Assembly: GCA_963668175.1 (NCBI GenBank)
Contig: OY764159.1
Coordinates: 832,001 to 896,000 of the forward strand
Reading direction: 5' to 3'
Length of the DNA stretch: 64,000 bases
Source of the DNA: Syntrophales bacterium
GTDB lineage: Bacteria; Desulfobacterota; Syntrophia; Syntrophales; PHBD01
Shown: piece after piece, positions 17,908-28,075 of the stretch
Numbering within the stretch: the first letter of the stretch is position 1
How the letters are laid out: the number at the start of each line of letters is the position of its first letter
The notes under the pieces: generated by a model
Told to the model about the DNA's origin: nothing
What the model saw: the letters and a program-made list of their open reading frames with translations, nothing else
Database searches by the model: none
Made by a program: the position numbers and the translations under genes

Positions 17908-20094
17908 GTGATCCGTATTTATGGATGGTTGTTAATCATGATGCTCGTCGTCTTTCTCCTTTTCGCAGTGCTTATCATTGCTGCACTTTATATCCTCTTG
18001 ACAAAACAGGAGAGGAAGACTCCGACATCGGCCAAAGTCGCCCCGTCCGAAAGAGATATCAAGCCCCCGAAAACCGACGCATTTCAGAAAAAACCCATGC
18101 CGCCGCCCGAGGAAATCCTGCCCCTCGAAATGAAAAGAGGGCCGGATGCCGGGGGCCAGGAGATGGGTGTGCCGGATGTTTATAGAGACTTGAGGCGTAT
18201 CGTGCAACAGGGTATCGAGGTGATCTTTTCCGGGCAGAAAGGGGAAAACGCCAGCCCCCGTACACCGTTCATGTACAACCAGATTGATCCCGATATTTTG
18301 CGAACGGTCGAAGAACAAATCGGCCACCTGAAAAAGTTTCGGACGGAGCATCTGCGGCTGCAGAAATTCGTCAGCGACCCGGCGATACAGATGTCCGACC
18401 TTGCCAAAATGATTCTCGCCGATCCCGTCTTGACGGCCAAGATTCTGCGGCTTGCCAATTCCCCCTACTTCGGAATGCAGAACAAGATCGATTCAATCAG
18501 CCATGCCTTGATGATCCTCGGCCTTCAAAACATCAAAAACATCCTCTATCGCGAGGGTTTGCTGCAGCTCTTTCCCATGGGATCGGCCAAGCAGAAGGAT
18601 GCGCTGGCGGCCCTGTGGACGCATTCGACCTTGACGTCGGTATGCGCCTCCTGTCTTGCCGATCTTTTCGACGGCCTGAACCAGGGAACGCTTTTTACCC
18701 TGGGGATCATCCATGATATCGGAAAGCTCGTCATTCTGGGGATGCCCCGGGTGCAATCGTTTGACGGGGAATTCTGGGACAAACTCCCGAGGGGGTTTTA
18801 TATCCAGGATGAAGATGAACTCCTGGGCGTCAATCATGCCGTCATCGGAAAGATGGCCCTGGAACAATGGGGATTTTCCGATTTGATGGTCCATTCCGTG
18901 GCGATGCATCATATGCCGGCGTATGTCCATGCCGACAGCCTGCACCAGGACGGGGATATACAAAAATACATCACGGCACTGTTTATTGCAGACCAGATAG
19001 CGAGGCTGCTCACAGGACGGATTGATCTCTTAACGCCCCTGGCGGATTCATATCGAACATGCGTCGACAGAAACAGATTGCTCGCCAAGCTTACGGATAC
19101 GACTTTTCTTTCTCAGATCCGCGAGGCTGCAATCCTGGCCGATTCGGAATTTCCGGTGAAGCCCGCTCCGGCCGCAGCGTCCGCGCCGATTGCAGCCGTC
19201 GTCGGGCAGACAAACAATGCCTCTCATAAAACCGACGGGCGTTTCCAGGGTGATGCCACAGCCGTGATTGCCAGACCGGAACCCGGAAAGACCATAGGGC
19301 GCTATGAAATCATCGGCGAACTCGGCCGCGGCGCCATGGGAACGGTCTATTTAGGCAGGGACCCGTTGATCAATCGCGAGGTGGCTATCAAGACGCTGCG
19401 CTACGGCCACGGCGACGACGAAGAGATGGCGGCCGCCAAGAAACGGTTTTTCAGAGAAGCGGAGGCCGCCGGCCGGTTGACCCATCCGAATATCGTCACG
19501 GTTTACGATGTGGGTGAATACCAGGGGACGGCCTATATGGCCATGGAGCTTCTCGATGGGACGGATCTGGTCTCTTTCTGCAGTAAAGATAGCCTTCTGC
19601 CTTTCGACGACGTTGTAAAGATTGTATCCACCGTGGCTGTGGCTCTCGATTATGCCCATAAGAACGGCGTCGTTCACCGGGACGTCAAGCCCGGCAACAT
19701 CCGTATTCTTTCGAGGGGCGACATTAAAGTCGTCGATTTCGGCATCGCCAAAGTCATGGATACGTCGAAGACGCAGGCCGGCGTCATCATAGGCAGTCCG
19801 AATTACATGTCGCCCGAACAGATAGAAGGGCGCGCCGTGGACGGCCGGACCGACCTTTTTTCCCTGGGGGTTCTCTTTTATGAACTCCTGACCGGTGAAA
19901 AACCCTTTGTGGGAGAGAGCATCACTACATTGATGCACAATATCGTTTCACAGCCTGCCCCGCCGATAAAAGATCTTATTCCCGCGGTTCCTGAATACTG
20001 CGGGCGAATTCTGGAGAAGGCCTTGGCCAAGAAGATGGAAGATCGGTACCAGAGCGGCCAGGAAATGGCCGACGACTTGATGACCCCGCCATGA
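17908..20094 (+). CDS. Membrane-anchored HDOD domain / Hanks-type Ser/Thr kinase fusion
   Basis: N-terminal TM; HDOD (DPVLTAKILRLANSPYFG, IHDIGK); kinase motifs GRGAMG, VAIK, HRDVKPGN, DFG and YMSPE. Confidence 0.9.
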   Translation: MIRIYGWLLIMMLVVFLLFAVLIIAALYILLTKQERKTPTSAKVAPSERDIKPPKTDAFQKKPMPPPEEILPLEMKRGPDAGGQEMGVPDVYRDLRRIVQQGIEVIFSGQKGENASPRTPFMYNQIDPDILRTVEEQIGHLKKFRTEHLRLQKFVSDPAIQMSDLAKMILADPVLTAKILRLANSPYFGMQNKIDSISHALMILGLQNIKNILYREGLLQLFPMGSAKQKDALAALWTHSTLTSVCASCLADLFDGLNQGTLFTLGIIHDIGKLVILGMPRVQSFDGEFWDKLPRGFYIQDEDELLGVNHAVIGKMALEQWGFSDLMVHSVAMHHMPAYVHADSLHQDGDIQKYITALFIADQIARLLTGRIDLLTPLADSYRTCVDRNRLLAKLTDTTFLSQIREAAILADSEFPVKPAPAAASAPIAAVVGQTNNASHKTDGRFQGDATAVIARPEPGKTIGRYEIIGELGRGAMGTVYLGRDPLINREVAIKTLRYGHGDDEEMAAAKKRFFREAEAAGRLTHPNIVTVYDVGEYQGTAYMAMELLDGTDLVSFCSKDSLLPFDDVVKIVSTVAVALDYAHKNGVVHRDVKPGNIRILSRGDIKVVDFGIAKVMDTSKTQAGVIIGSPNYMSPEQIEGRAVDGRTDLFSLGVLFYELLTGEKPFVGESITTLMHNIVSQPAPPIKDLIPAVPEYCGRILEKALAKKMEDRYQSGQEMADDLMTPP

Positions 20095-20269
20095 ACGGAT
20101 AACGTCTCCCGCCCCGATTCCCCTTTCTCTGTATGTATGATAAGCCTGTCCCGCAACCTGCACTTCTTCGTACAATCAACCGACCGGAGAGAATCAGGCT
20201 GTTTGCATTGGGGATAATGAAGATGGGCTGCTCATGCGGGCTTGACAGCGACGGATATGAATAATTGAT

Positions 20270-21112
20270 ATGCGTTTCGGTTTCCATATATCCATTGCCG
20301 GGGATCTGACCCGGGTGGCGGAACGGGCGGCTCAGCTGTCGTGCCGGACGGTGCAGATATTCGCCGGTAATCCGCGGGGCTGGAAGAGCCGGGACCTCGA
20401 TCCGGCGAAAATCCTGGCCCTGAGGGAGGACCTCCCCCGAAGGGACATCGCCCCCCTGTTCGTTCATATGCCGTACCTGCCGAACCTGGCGGCAGAGGAT
20501 GGCGAACTGTATGAAAAATCGGTTCATGTACTAAGCGATATGCTCGAAAGGGCGGGAAAGCTTGGGGCTTCCGGTTTGGTGACGCATCCCGGCCATTACG
20601 GCCGGAAAGGGGAAGCGGAAGCCCTCCGGAGGATTTCCGCGGCCGTCAATCATGCCTTAACGGCCGTTCCCGACGGCGTCCCGATCCTCTTTGAAAATAC
20701 CGCCGGCCAGGGAAAGGAGGTCGGTTCGCAGTTCAGGCAATTGGGGATACTGTTGAAGCAGGCGAAAGATCGGAGCAGGGTCGGCGTGTGTCTCGATACG
20801 GCCCATGCCTTTGCCGCCGGCTATGATTTCTCCACAAAAGACGGGCTTGATCTGGCGCTTGCCGAATTCAGAAAAACGATCGGGTTGAAAAATCTCCGCC
20901 TTCTTCATTTGAACGACGCGAAGGCACCTCTGGGATCACGGGTGGACCGCCACTGGCACATCGGGGAGGGTTATATCGGTGCGGAAGGGATGAAGCGGAT
21001 CGTCACCCATCCCTTTCTTATGGAATTGCCCGCTGTTATGGAGACTCCGAAGAAGAGAGCGGACGACGATATCAGGAACATGGAGACGGTGCTCCGTCTT
21101 GCCGCCGTTTGA
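20270..21112 (+). CDS. nfo: Endonuclease IV (AP endonuclease)
   Basis: HMPYLPNL, FENTAGQG, CLDTAH, HLND, DRHWHIG and METP motifs. Confidence 0.95.
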   Translation: MRFGFHISIAGDLTRVAERAAQLSCRTVQIFAGNPRGWKSRDLDPAKILALREDLPRRDIAPLFVHMPYLPNLAAEDGELYEKSVHVLSDMLERAGKLGASGLVTHPGHYGRKGEAEALRRISAAVNHALTAVPDGVPILFENTAGQGKEVGSQFRQLGILLKQAKDRSRVGVCLDTAHAFAAGYDFSTKDGLDLALAEFRKTIGLKNLRLLHLNDAKAPLGSRVDRHWHIGEGYIGAEGMKRIVTHPFLMELPAVMETPKKRADDDIRNMETVLRLAAV

Positions 21113-21123
21113 GCCTGATTCCT

Positions 21124-21810
21124 TTACAGGCGCATGCCGGCATATTTGCAGATTTCGTTTATCAGATTTTTGCCTTTACTGGTTTCCGTACCGATCTGTT
21201 TCAACTGCTCGGCGCAAATGGCGACGTTGGCAAGGGATTCCCTCTGTACGAGAATCAGGCGCTCGCTTTCCTTGAAGAGCCGAAATAGTTTATCGATCTT
21301 CTTGTTAAGAGACACGAGAGATTTGTCGAGTTCATTGTCCGACAGAGAGGATTTGTTATCGATCAAGTGGAGAATTTCACTGCGAATACCCTTGTAGATG
21401 TCGATGGTCTTGTCCGGGTCGAAAAAGCTGCGGTACTCGAGCAGCCTGTTGATTTTCGACCGCAGGTTGTCCAGGGAGAAAGGCTTCAGCAGGTAATCGA
21501 AGGCCCCGAGCTTCATGGCTTCAATCGCCGTATCGATCGTGGCATATCCCGTCAGCATGATGGTCTCCGATGGAATCAGCTGCGATCGGATGTACCTGAG
21601 GATGTCCATGCCGCCTTCTTCGCCCGTTCCGTCGAGTCCCGGCATGTTCTTGTCGAGCAGGATGATGTCGTATTTCTTCGATTCCAGGAGCTTGAGCGCT
21701 TTGACGGCGCCGTCGGCCAGGTCGAAACTGTAACCTTCGCTCCTCAGGAAATCGGCAATCATGTTAAGAATCAGATGGTCGTCATCGACGACGAGTATAC
21801 ACGGCCCCAT
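21124..21810 (-). CDS. Orphan response regulator (REC plus unrecognised helical C-terminus)
   Basis: LVVDDD, LLDKNMP, MLTG and AMKLGAFDYLLKP. No recognisable output domain. Confidence 0.85.
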   Translation of the reverse strand: MGPCILVVDDDHLILNMIADFLRSEGYSFDLADGAVKALKLLESKKYDIILLDKNMPGLDGTGEEGGMDILRYIRSQLIPSETIMLTGYATIDTAIEAMKLGAFDYLLKPFSLDNLRSKINRLLEYRSFFDPDKTIDIYKGIRSEILHLIDNKSSLSDNELDKSLVSLNKKIDKLFRLFKESERLILVQRESLANVAICAEQLKQIGTETSKGKNLINEICKYAGMRL

Positions 21811-21981
21811 TGTGGTCTCCTTTCTCTATGCCACGAAGTCGTATCTTCAAGATATCTATCGGTCGTAAATGGATAATAAAGCGGCGATATTAAACAACAG
21901 TCCCGATGATTTTTCAAGCGTTTATCGTCTCCGCCTGAAAAAATACCGCCGGGGGCGGTTCCCGAACACCGTCGGAAATGG

Positions 21982-23091
21982 TCAGAGGTCGATGCGTCCG
22001 TCGACGATGATGTCGCCCTCTTTGCGCAGTATTTTCCGGTACGTGAGACGGTAGGCGTCGTCGACGCGCCCGATTCCCAGATCGCCGACGGCTTCAAGAC
22101 CGCGGCCGATTATCTTGGGGGCGATGATGACGACCAGCCTGTCGGCCAGCCTGCTTTTCAGGACCGATGTAATCATGGCGGCCCCGCCTTCGACCATGAC
22201 CGATGTTATGCCCTGTTTTCCGAGTTCGGCGAAAAGGCTCTTAAGGTTCATCCGGTCGTCGCTGTCAGTCTTGACGGAGAGCATCTCTATCCCCATTCGC
22301 GCGAGTTCCGCAGCTTTCCCGGGATCGGCCCCCGCCGTTTTCGCAATGACGGTTTTTGCTTTGTCCTGATTTTTAAGAACACAGGCATCGAGGGGGATTT
22401 CCAGACGGGAATCGGCGATGATCCGTAGGGGCGACTTCCCTTTGACCAGGCGCACGGTTAAATCGGGATCGTCATTCAAGACCGTGCCGATGCCGACCAG
22501 GATGCCGTCGTGGATCGAGCGCAGTCTGTGGGCAAATTTCAGGGAGGACGGGGAACTGATCCACCGGGAATGGCCTGTGGCGGTCGCGATCCGCCCGTCG
22601 ATACTCTGGGCGTATTTGACGGTGACGAAAGGAGTGCCTGTTTCCATGAACTTGAAGAAGCGCTCGTTGACGGTGCGGCATTCCTCAGCCAGAATCCCTA
22701 CCGTGGTCTGAATGCCCTTTTCTTCCAGGGCCGTGATTCCTTTGCCGGCGACGAGGGGATTGGGATCGGCCGTCCCGATCACGACGCGGCGGGGCTTCGC
22801 GGCGATGAGGGCGTTCACGCAGGGAGGCGTTTTGCCGAAGTGCGCACAAGGCTCCAGGGTTACATAGACGGTCGAATCCTTTATCGATTCCGTCGCACTT
22901 TTTATGGCGTTGACCTCCGCATGTCCTTCACCGAAGCAGCGATGATAACCCTCACCGATAATCCGGTTTCCCTTGACGATGACGGCGCCGACCATCGGGT
23001 TCGGACTGACCCGCATTTCTCCCCTGCCGGCCAGTTTCAGTGCCCGTTTCATGTAGCGCTCGTCAATTGCAGTTTCCGGATCCGTTCTCAT
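21982..23091 (-). CDS. ribD: Bifunctional riboflavin biosynthesis deaminase/reductase
   Basis: PNPMVGAVIV, HAE, TLEPCAHFGKTPPC, SIDGRIA and VEGG motifs. Confidence 0.97.
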   Translation of the reverse strand: MRTDPETAIDERYMKRALKLAGRGEMRVSPNPMVGAVIVKGNRIIGEGYHRCFGEGHAEVNAIKSATESIKDSTVYVTLEPCAHFGKTPPCVNALIAAKPRRVVIGTADPNPLVAGKGITALEEKGIQTTVGILAEECRTVNERFFKFMETGTPFVTVKYAQSIDGRIATATGHSRWISSPSSLKFAHRLRSIHDGILVGIGTVLNDDPDLTVRLVKGKSPLRIIADSRLEIPLDACVLKNQDKAKTVIAKTAGADPGKAAELARMGIEMLSVKTDSDDRMNLKSLFAELGKQGITSVMVEGGAAMITSVLKSRLADRLVVIIAPKIIGRGLEAVGDLGIGRVDDAYRLTYRKILRKEGDIIVDGRIDL

Positions 23092-23139
23092 GTTTTGATC
23101 CCTTACACCAAGGCGGCCCTGTCTGTAAATGTTTTTTGG

Positions 23140-23167
23140 TTGACGCCGTCATACATTCTGTTATAAG
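23140..23167 (+). promoter_or_regulatory. sigma70 promoter (extended -10) of rmlA-rmlC-pilD
   Basis: TTGACG-N16-TATAAG with TG immediately upstream of the -10. Confidence 0.55.
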
Positions 23168-23200
23168 AATCCGCATTTATCTACTAGAAAGGGGATTGCT

Positions 23201-23929
23201 ATGAAAGGCGTCGTTCTTGCCGGCGGATTGGGAACCCGGATGTATCCGCTGACAAAAGTCACCAATAAACATCTCTTGCCCGTCTATAATGAACCCATGA
23301 TTTACTACCCCATTAAGACGCTGGTCAATGCGGGCATCGATGAAATATTGATTGTTACAGGCGGGCAGAATTCCGGAGATTTCCTCCGGCTTTTGGGAAA
23401 CGGGAAGGATTTCGGCCTCAGACACCTCAACTATACCTATCAGGAGGGTGAAGGCGGGATAGCCGCCGCCCTGGGCCTGGCGGAGTTCTTTGCCGACAGG
23501 GACAAGATCGTCGTCATGCTCGGCGACAACATCATCGAGAAGAACATCAAAAAGGCGGTGGATGCCTTCCGGGCCCAGAAGGAAGGGGCGCGGATCATGC
23601 TGAAAGAAGTTCCGGATCCTCAGCGGTTTGGAGTCGCAACACTTGAGGGGAGCAAAGTCGTCCGCATCGACGAAAAACCGGCGAAGCCCGCCTCGAATTT
23701 TGCCGTTATCGGCATATATATGTACGACAGTAAGGTCTTCGATTTCATCAAGTCCTTGAAACCATCCCAGCGAGGCGAATTGGAGATCACCGACGTCAAT
23801 AATTTCTATATTCAAGCAGGCATCATGGAATGTGACGTCCTCGACGGCTGGTGGTCCGACGCCGGCACGTTCGAATCGCTCCAGTATTCTGGGAATATGG
23901 TGGCGAAGACGGGAGCAAACAAACTATGA
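23201..23929 (+). CDS. rmlA: Glucose-1-phosphate thymidylyltransferase (short form)
   Basis: LAGGLGTRMYPLT, NKHLLPVY, LGDN, RGELEITD and WSDAGT motifs. Confidence 0.88.
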   Translation: MKGVVLAGGLGTRMYPLTKVTNKHLLPVYNEPMIYYPIKTLVNAGIDEILIVTGGQNSGDFLRLLGNGKDFGLRHLNYTYQEGEGGIAAALGLAEFFADRDKIVVMLGDNIIEKNIKKAVDAFRAQKEGARIMLKEVPDPQRFGVATLEGSKVVRIDEKPAKPASNFAVIGIYMYDSKVFDFIKSLKPSQRGELEITDVNNFYIQAGIMECDVLDGWWSDAGTFESLQYSGNMVAKTGANKL

Positions 23930-24381
23930 TCGAAGGCGTCGTGGTCAGGAAACTGAAGGTCATTCCGGACGAGCGGGGCCGCCTCATGGAGATCCTCCGG
24001 GCGGATGACGACGTTTTCAAGTCCTTCGGCCAGGTCTACATGACCACGGCTTATCCGGGTGTGGTCAAAGGCTGGCACTACCATAAGGAACAATCGGACA
24101 ATATGGCGGTCGTCAAGGGGATGATGAAAATCGTCCTTTATGACGGCCGGGAAGGATCGCCTTCCTATGGTAAAGTCGACGTCTATTTCGCAGGGGAGCA
24201 TAATCCCATCCTGATTCATATCCCCCCCTTCGTCTATCACGGTTTCAAGTGTGTCTCGCCGGAGGAAGCCATTGTCGTCAACACGCCGGACAGGATGTAC
24301 GACTACCAAAATCCGGATGAATTCAGGGTCCACCCCCACGACAACGATATCCCCTATGACTGGGCGCGGAAAGACGGCTAA
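23926..24381 (+). CDS. rmlC: dTDP-4-dehydrorhamnose 3,5-epimerase family (cupin)
   Basis: DERG, KGWHYH and YHGF motifs. ATGA overlap with rmlA. Confidence 0.88.
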   Translation: MIEGVVVRKLKVIPDERGRLMEILRADDDVFKSFGQVYMTTAYPGVVKGWHYHKEQSDNMAVVKGMMKIVLYDGREGSPSYGKVDVYFAGEHNPILIHIPPFVYHGFKCVSPEEAIVVNTPDRMYDYQNPDEFRVHPHDNDIPYDWARKDG

Positions 24382-24392
24382 GAGGATGGACG

Positions 24393-25163
24393 ATGGACCT
24401 GATATGGTATATCGTTGCTGTCGCAGCCGGTGCCGTCGTGGGGAGCTTCTTGAACGTCTGCATCTGCAGGATTCCTGAAGAAAACGAGTCGATCGTCAAG
24501 CCGGCGTCGCGTTGCCCTTCGTGCCGGTCGCCGATCAAGCCCTATGACAACATCCCTGTCCTCAGCTATCTCATCCTGGGAGGAAAGTGCCGGAACTGCG
24601 GTTGCCGGATTTCCATCCGTTATCCCGCCGTGGAATTGTTTACGGGACTGATAGCCCTCTGCTGCCTCTGGAAATTCGGTGCGACGCTTCAGACTGTAGG
24701 CGCCTTTGCCTTCGTCTGTACCCTGATCGTCATCACCTTCATCGATATCGACCACCAGATTATTCCCGATGTGATCTCTCTGCCGGGCATCCCGATTTTC
24801 CTGCTGATGGCCATCTTCGTCATGCAGGTTCCCTGGCTGGATGCCGTCCTGGGGCTCCTCTGCGGGGGCGGCGCATTGTATGTCGTTGCAGTGGGGTACG
24901 AACTGGTCACGAAAAGGGAGGGGATGGGAGGCGGCGACATCAAGCTCCTGGGTATGTTGGGGGCGTTCCTGGGGTGGAAGTCGCTCCTATTTATTCTGTT
25001 GGTCAGTTCGCTTACGGGTGCCGTGGTCGGGATAGCTCTGATGGCGGTCAAGGGCCGGGACATGAAGTATGCCGTGCCTTTCGGTCCGTTCTTGTCGCTG
25101 GCGGCCGTGCTGTATCTTTTCGTCGGCGACCCCGTTATCCGATATTTCCTGGGTATCGCCTGA
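24393..25163 (+). CDS. pilD: Type IV prepilin peptidase/N-methyltransferase
   Basis: GSFLNVCI, CPSC/CRNC, IDIDH, GMGGGDIKL and PFGPFL motifs. Confidence 0.96.
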   Translation: MDLIWYIVAVAAGAVVGSFLNVCICRIPEENESIVKPASRCPSCRSPIKPYDNIPVLSYLILGGKCRNCGCRISIRYPAVELFTGLIALCCLWKFGATLQTVGAFAFVCTLIVITFIDIDHQIIPDVISLPGIPIFLLMAIFVMQVPWLDAVLGLLCGGGALYVVAVGYELVTKREGMGGGDIKLLGMLGAFLGWKSLLFILLVSSLTGAVVGIALMAVKGRDMKYAVPFGPFLSLAAVLYLFVGDPVIRYFLGIA

Positions 25164-25303
25164 ATAACGATTATTCCAAGATCCCATTCGTTCCGCAGAC
25201 ATCGAAATAGCTTGACTTCAAGTGTCTTCAACGATAGGGTATCACGACTGAATCAACCGGGTTGGCCATATAGCCAACCTTTTTATTGTAAAGAAGGATG
25301 ATA

Positions 25304-26968
25304 ATGAAAGAAAAACTGGTTGCCGTGCTCCGCAACGCCTTACGGACGTGTGAGCAGGAAGGATTATGGGAGGCCGGAACCCTTCCCTTTATCGAAGTCG
25401 ATTGGACGAAGGATTCCACCCATGGAGATTACGCGTCCAATATTGCCATGATGCTGGCATCGCGTCTTAAAAGAAAGCCCCGCCAGATCGCCGAAACGAT
25501 CTGTCAGCATCTTCATGACGACGAAGGCATCATCGAAAAGACGGAAATCGCCGGACCCGGATTTATCAATTTCTTTTTGAAGGAAGCCATCTGGGCCGGA
25601 TGCCTGGCCGATGTCGAGCGCCAGGGCGCTCGTTACGGTTTCGCCGACGTCGGGGGAGGGAAAAAGGTTCAGGTCGAGTTCGTCAGCGCCAATCCGACGG
25701 GGCCCCTTCATATCGGACACGCCCGGGGCGCCGTAGTGGGGGACGTCCTGGCCAATGTGCTGGCCGCAACCAATCACGATGTCTTCCGCGAATACTATAT
25801 CAACGATGCGGGCAACCAGATGAACAATCTGGGCCGGTCCGTTCTTTACCGGTACCGGGAGCTTCAGGGGCAGGAAGTTGCCTTTCCCGAGAACTGTTAT
25901 CAGGGAGACTATATCAAAGCGCTGGCTTCGGACATTATTGCCAGGGACGGCGACGTGCATCTGAAAAAAGCGGAGGATGACGTTATCCCCCTTTTTACCG
26001 CCTATGCCGCCGGGGTCATCATGGAGGGCATCAAGGACGACCTGGGGGCTTTCGGGATAAAATTCGACCTCTATTTCAGCGAACGGGAGCTCTACCGGGA
26101 TGACGGCGTGGCGAAGCTGCTCCGTGAGCTCGAAGATAAGAAATTCATCTATTCCGACGGCGACACCCTGTGGTTTAAGACCACCGATTTCGGCGATGAG
26201 AAGGACCGTGTCGTCGTCAGGCAGAACGGCGAACCGACGTATTTTGCCGCCGATATCGCCTATCACCGCAACAAGTTCAGCCGCGGCTTCGATACGGTCA
26301 TCGACATCTGGGGGGCCGATCACCACGGGTACATCCCGCGGATGTCGGCCGGCGTGCAGGCGCTCGGTTACAACAAGGAATCGCTTAAGGTTGTCCTGAT
26401 CCAGCTTGTCAACCTCCTCCGGGACGGCAAGCCTGTCGCCATGTCGACGCGGTCCGGCGAATTCGTCACAATGCGGGAGGTCGTAGACGAAGTCGGCCGT
26501 GACGCCGCCCGTTACAATTTCCTCATGCGCCGTTCCGACAGCCATCTCGATTTCGATCTGGAGGTGGCTAAAAGGCAGTCGAATGAGAATCCCGTGTATT
26601 ACGTCCAGTATGCCCACGCCAGGATTTGCAGCATCCTGAGGACGGCCGGGGAGAGGCAGTTGAAGACCCCCGATTATGCGACGACGGATTTTTCCCGCCT
26701 TGTCCTTCCCGAAGAGATAGGGCTTATGAAGATGATCATCCGGTTTCCGGAAGTCCTGGAAGGGGCGGCAAAAATGCTGGAGCCACATCGGCTCACGTTC
26801 TTCCTCAACGATCTTGCCGGAATGTTCCACAGCTATTACAATAAAAACAAAGTCGTGTCCGACGATCCGGCCTTGACGGCAGCCAGGCTGTTTTTAGTCA
26901 TAGCGATCAGGGTCGTATTGCATAATGCCTTGACAATCCTTGGGGTGTCGTCGCCGGAGAAAATGTAG
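25304..26968 (+). CDS. argS: Arginyl-tRNA synthetase
   Basis: [33 protein letters not shown] and YVQYAHARI motifs. Confidence 0.98.
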   Translation: MKEKLVAVLRNALRTCEQEGLWEAGTLPFIEVDWTKDSTHGDYASNIAMMLASRLKRKPRQIAETICQHLHDDEGIIEKTEIAGPGFINFFLKEAIWAGCLADVERQGARYGFADVGGGKKVQVEFVSANPTGPLHIGHARGAVVGDVLANVLAATNHDVFREYYINDAGNQMNNLGRSVLYRYRELQGQEVAFPENCYQGDYIKALASDIIARDGDVHLKKAEDDVIPLFTAYAAGVIMEGIKDDLGAFGIKFDLYFSERELYRDDGVAKLLRELEDKKFIYSDGDTLWFKTTDFGDEKDRVVVRQNGEPTYFAADIAYHRNKFSRGFDTVIDIWGADHHGYIPRMSAGVQALGYNKESLKVVLIQLVNLLRDGKPVAMSTRSGEFVTMREVVDEVGRDAARYNFLMRRSDSHLDFDLEVAKRQSNENPVYYVQYAHARICSILRTAGERQLKTPDYATTDFSRLVLPEEIGLMKMIIRFPEVLEGAAKMLEPHRLTFFLNDLAGMFHSYYNKNKVVSDDPALTAARLFLVIAIRVVLHNALTILGVSSPEKM

Positions 26969-27025
26969 TATAAGGTCAGTCTGTCATAGCGGTACGTCTA
27001 TTCATTTGATGGAAGGGGCTTCTAC

Positions 27026-28003
27026 GTGGCATCCAAGAATTTCAGGAACTTTGAATTCAAGCTGGGAAAGCTGGGGCTGCTCCTTTTTGTTGCCGGCATG
27101 TCGTTGCTGCTCTTTGCCGTCTTTGTCCTGGGTATTTTTATCGGGAAAGATCTGGATACCATGCCCGGGAAGATTGCCAGCGACCTTCCCGGCACCATCA
27201 AGGAAAAAGCGGGATTGGCTCCGGGAAAAACAGAGAATCAGGCAGGGGAGAAGCCTGTAAGCAAAGAAGGTATTAAGGACGCTTCCGCGGAAAGGCCGCC
27301 GGACTTCAACTGGACGTTTTACGATACGCTGGGCAAAAAGAAGGGGGAAGAGAAGGGCATCATTCCCGAGAGGGATAAAGAGAGGGCCGTCTCCCGGGAT
27401 GCGGCGGGCCAGGTCAGGGTTGCCCAGTTAGCGAAGCCGGCTGCAGAACAAAAGCCTGAACCCGCCGGGACAAGTGCCGCCCCTGAAAAGAAGGCGGGCA
27501 AAACCGTTGGGGGCGATAAAAAAGAGAAGCGCGCTCAACCGCCAGCAGCGAAGCAACCGCCGGTCAGGAACGAGCCGAAAGTAGCCTCGACGACAGCCAA
27601 GGCCCTGCAGGAGAAGGGACTGGTCGTGTCCGACGTCGGCGGGCGGCCCGAGAAGAGGGCTGCGGCATCCAAAGCCGCTCCTCCTCCGGTTGCCGAAAAA
27701 CAGGAGAAGAAGGAAAAGCAAGAGAAGAAGAACGATACGTCCGGGGCCTTTTTTGTCCAGGTGTGTTCTTATAAAGAGAAGGAAAAGTCGGAACTGGCGT
27801 CCAAGAAGGTAAAATTCCTCGGTTATAAAACGAAAATAGTCCCTATCGACCTGGGGTCCAAGGGAAAATGGTACCGGGTGGTCGTGGACGGCTTCGAAAC
27901 CAAGGAGAAGGCCCAAAAAGCGGCGGCTAAAATCAAAAATCAGGTCACCGGTACACAGTGTATCGTCAGGAGCAACACCCCTGTCCAGAAAGCCGGACGT
28001 TAA
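27026..28003 (+). CDS. SPOR-domain cell division protein (FtsN/DedD-like)
   Basis: N-terminal TM, TFYDTL, long K/A/P/E-rich linker and C-terminal FVQVCSY...WYRVVVDGF. The position after argS is typical. Confidence 0.85.
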   Translation: MASKNFRNFEFKLGKLGLLLFVAGMSLLLFAVFVLGIFIGKDLDTMPGKIASDLPGTIKEKAGLAPGKTENQAGEKPVSKEGIKDASAERPPDFNWTFYDTLGKKKGEEKGIIPERDKERAVSRDAAGQVRVAQLAKPAAEQKPEPAGTSAAPEKKAGKTVGGDKKEKRAQPPAAKQPPVRNEPKVASTTAKALQEKGLVVSDVGGRPEKRAAASKAAPPPVAEKQEKKEKQEKKNDTSGAFFVQVCSYKEKEKSELASKKVKFLGYKTKIVPIDLGSKGKWYRVVVDGFETKEKAQKAAAKIKNQVTGTQCIVRSNTPVQKAGR

Positions 28004-28075
28004 ACCGGAGACCGGATGTCCGTCATTCATGCCCTGAGCGTCAGGGTAATACTGTAAAAAGGTCTGTAAATCCTT

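Noticed and set aside
23092..23200. FMN riboswitch before ribD or an ops element before rmlA
   Set aside because: The intergenic region is only about 110 nt, holds divergent promoters and lacks either consensus.
27400..27740. Low-complexity K/E/A/P repeats in the SPOR protein
   Set aside because: Ordinary disordered linker of FtsN/DedD-like proteins.
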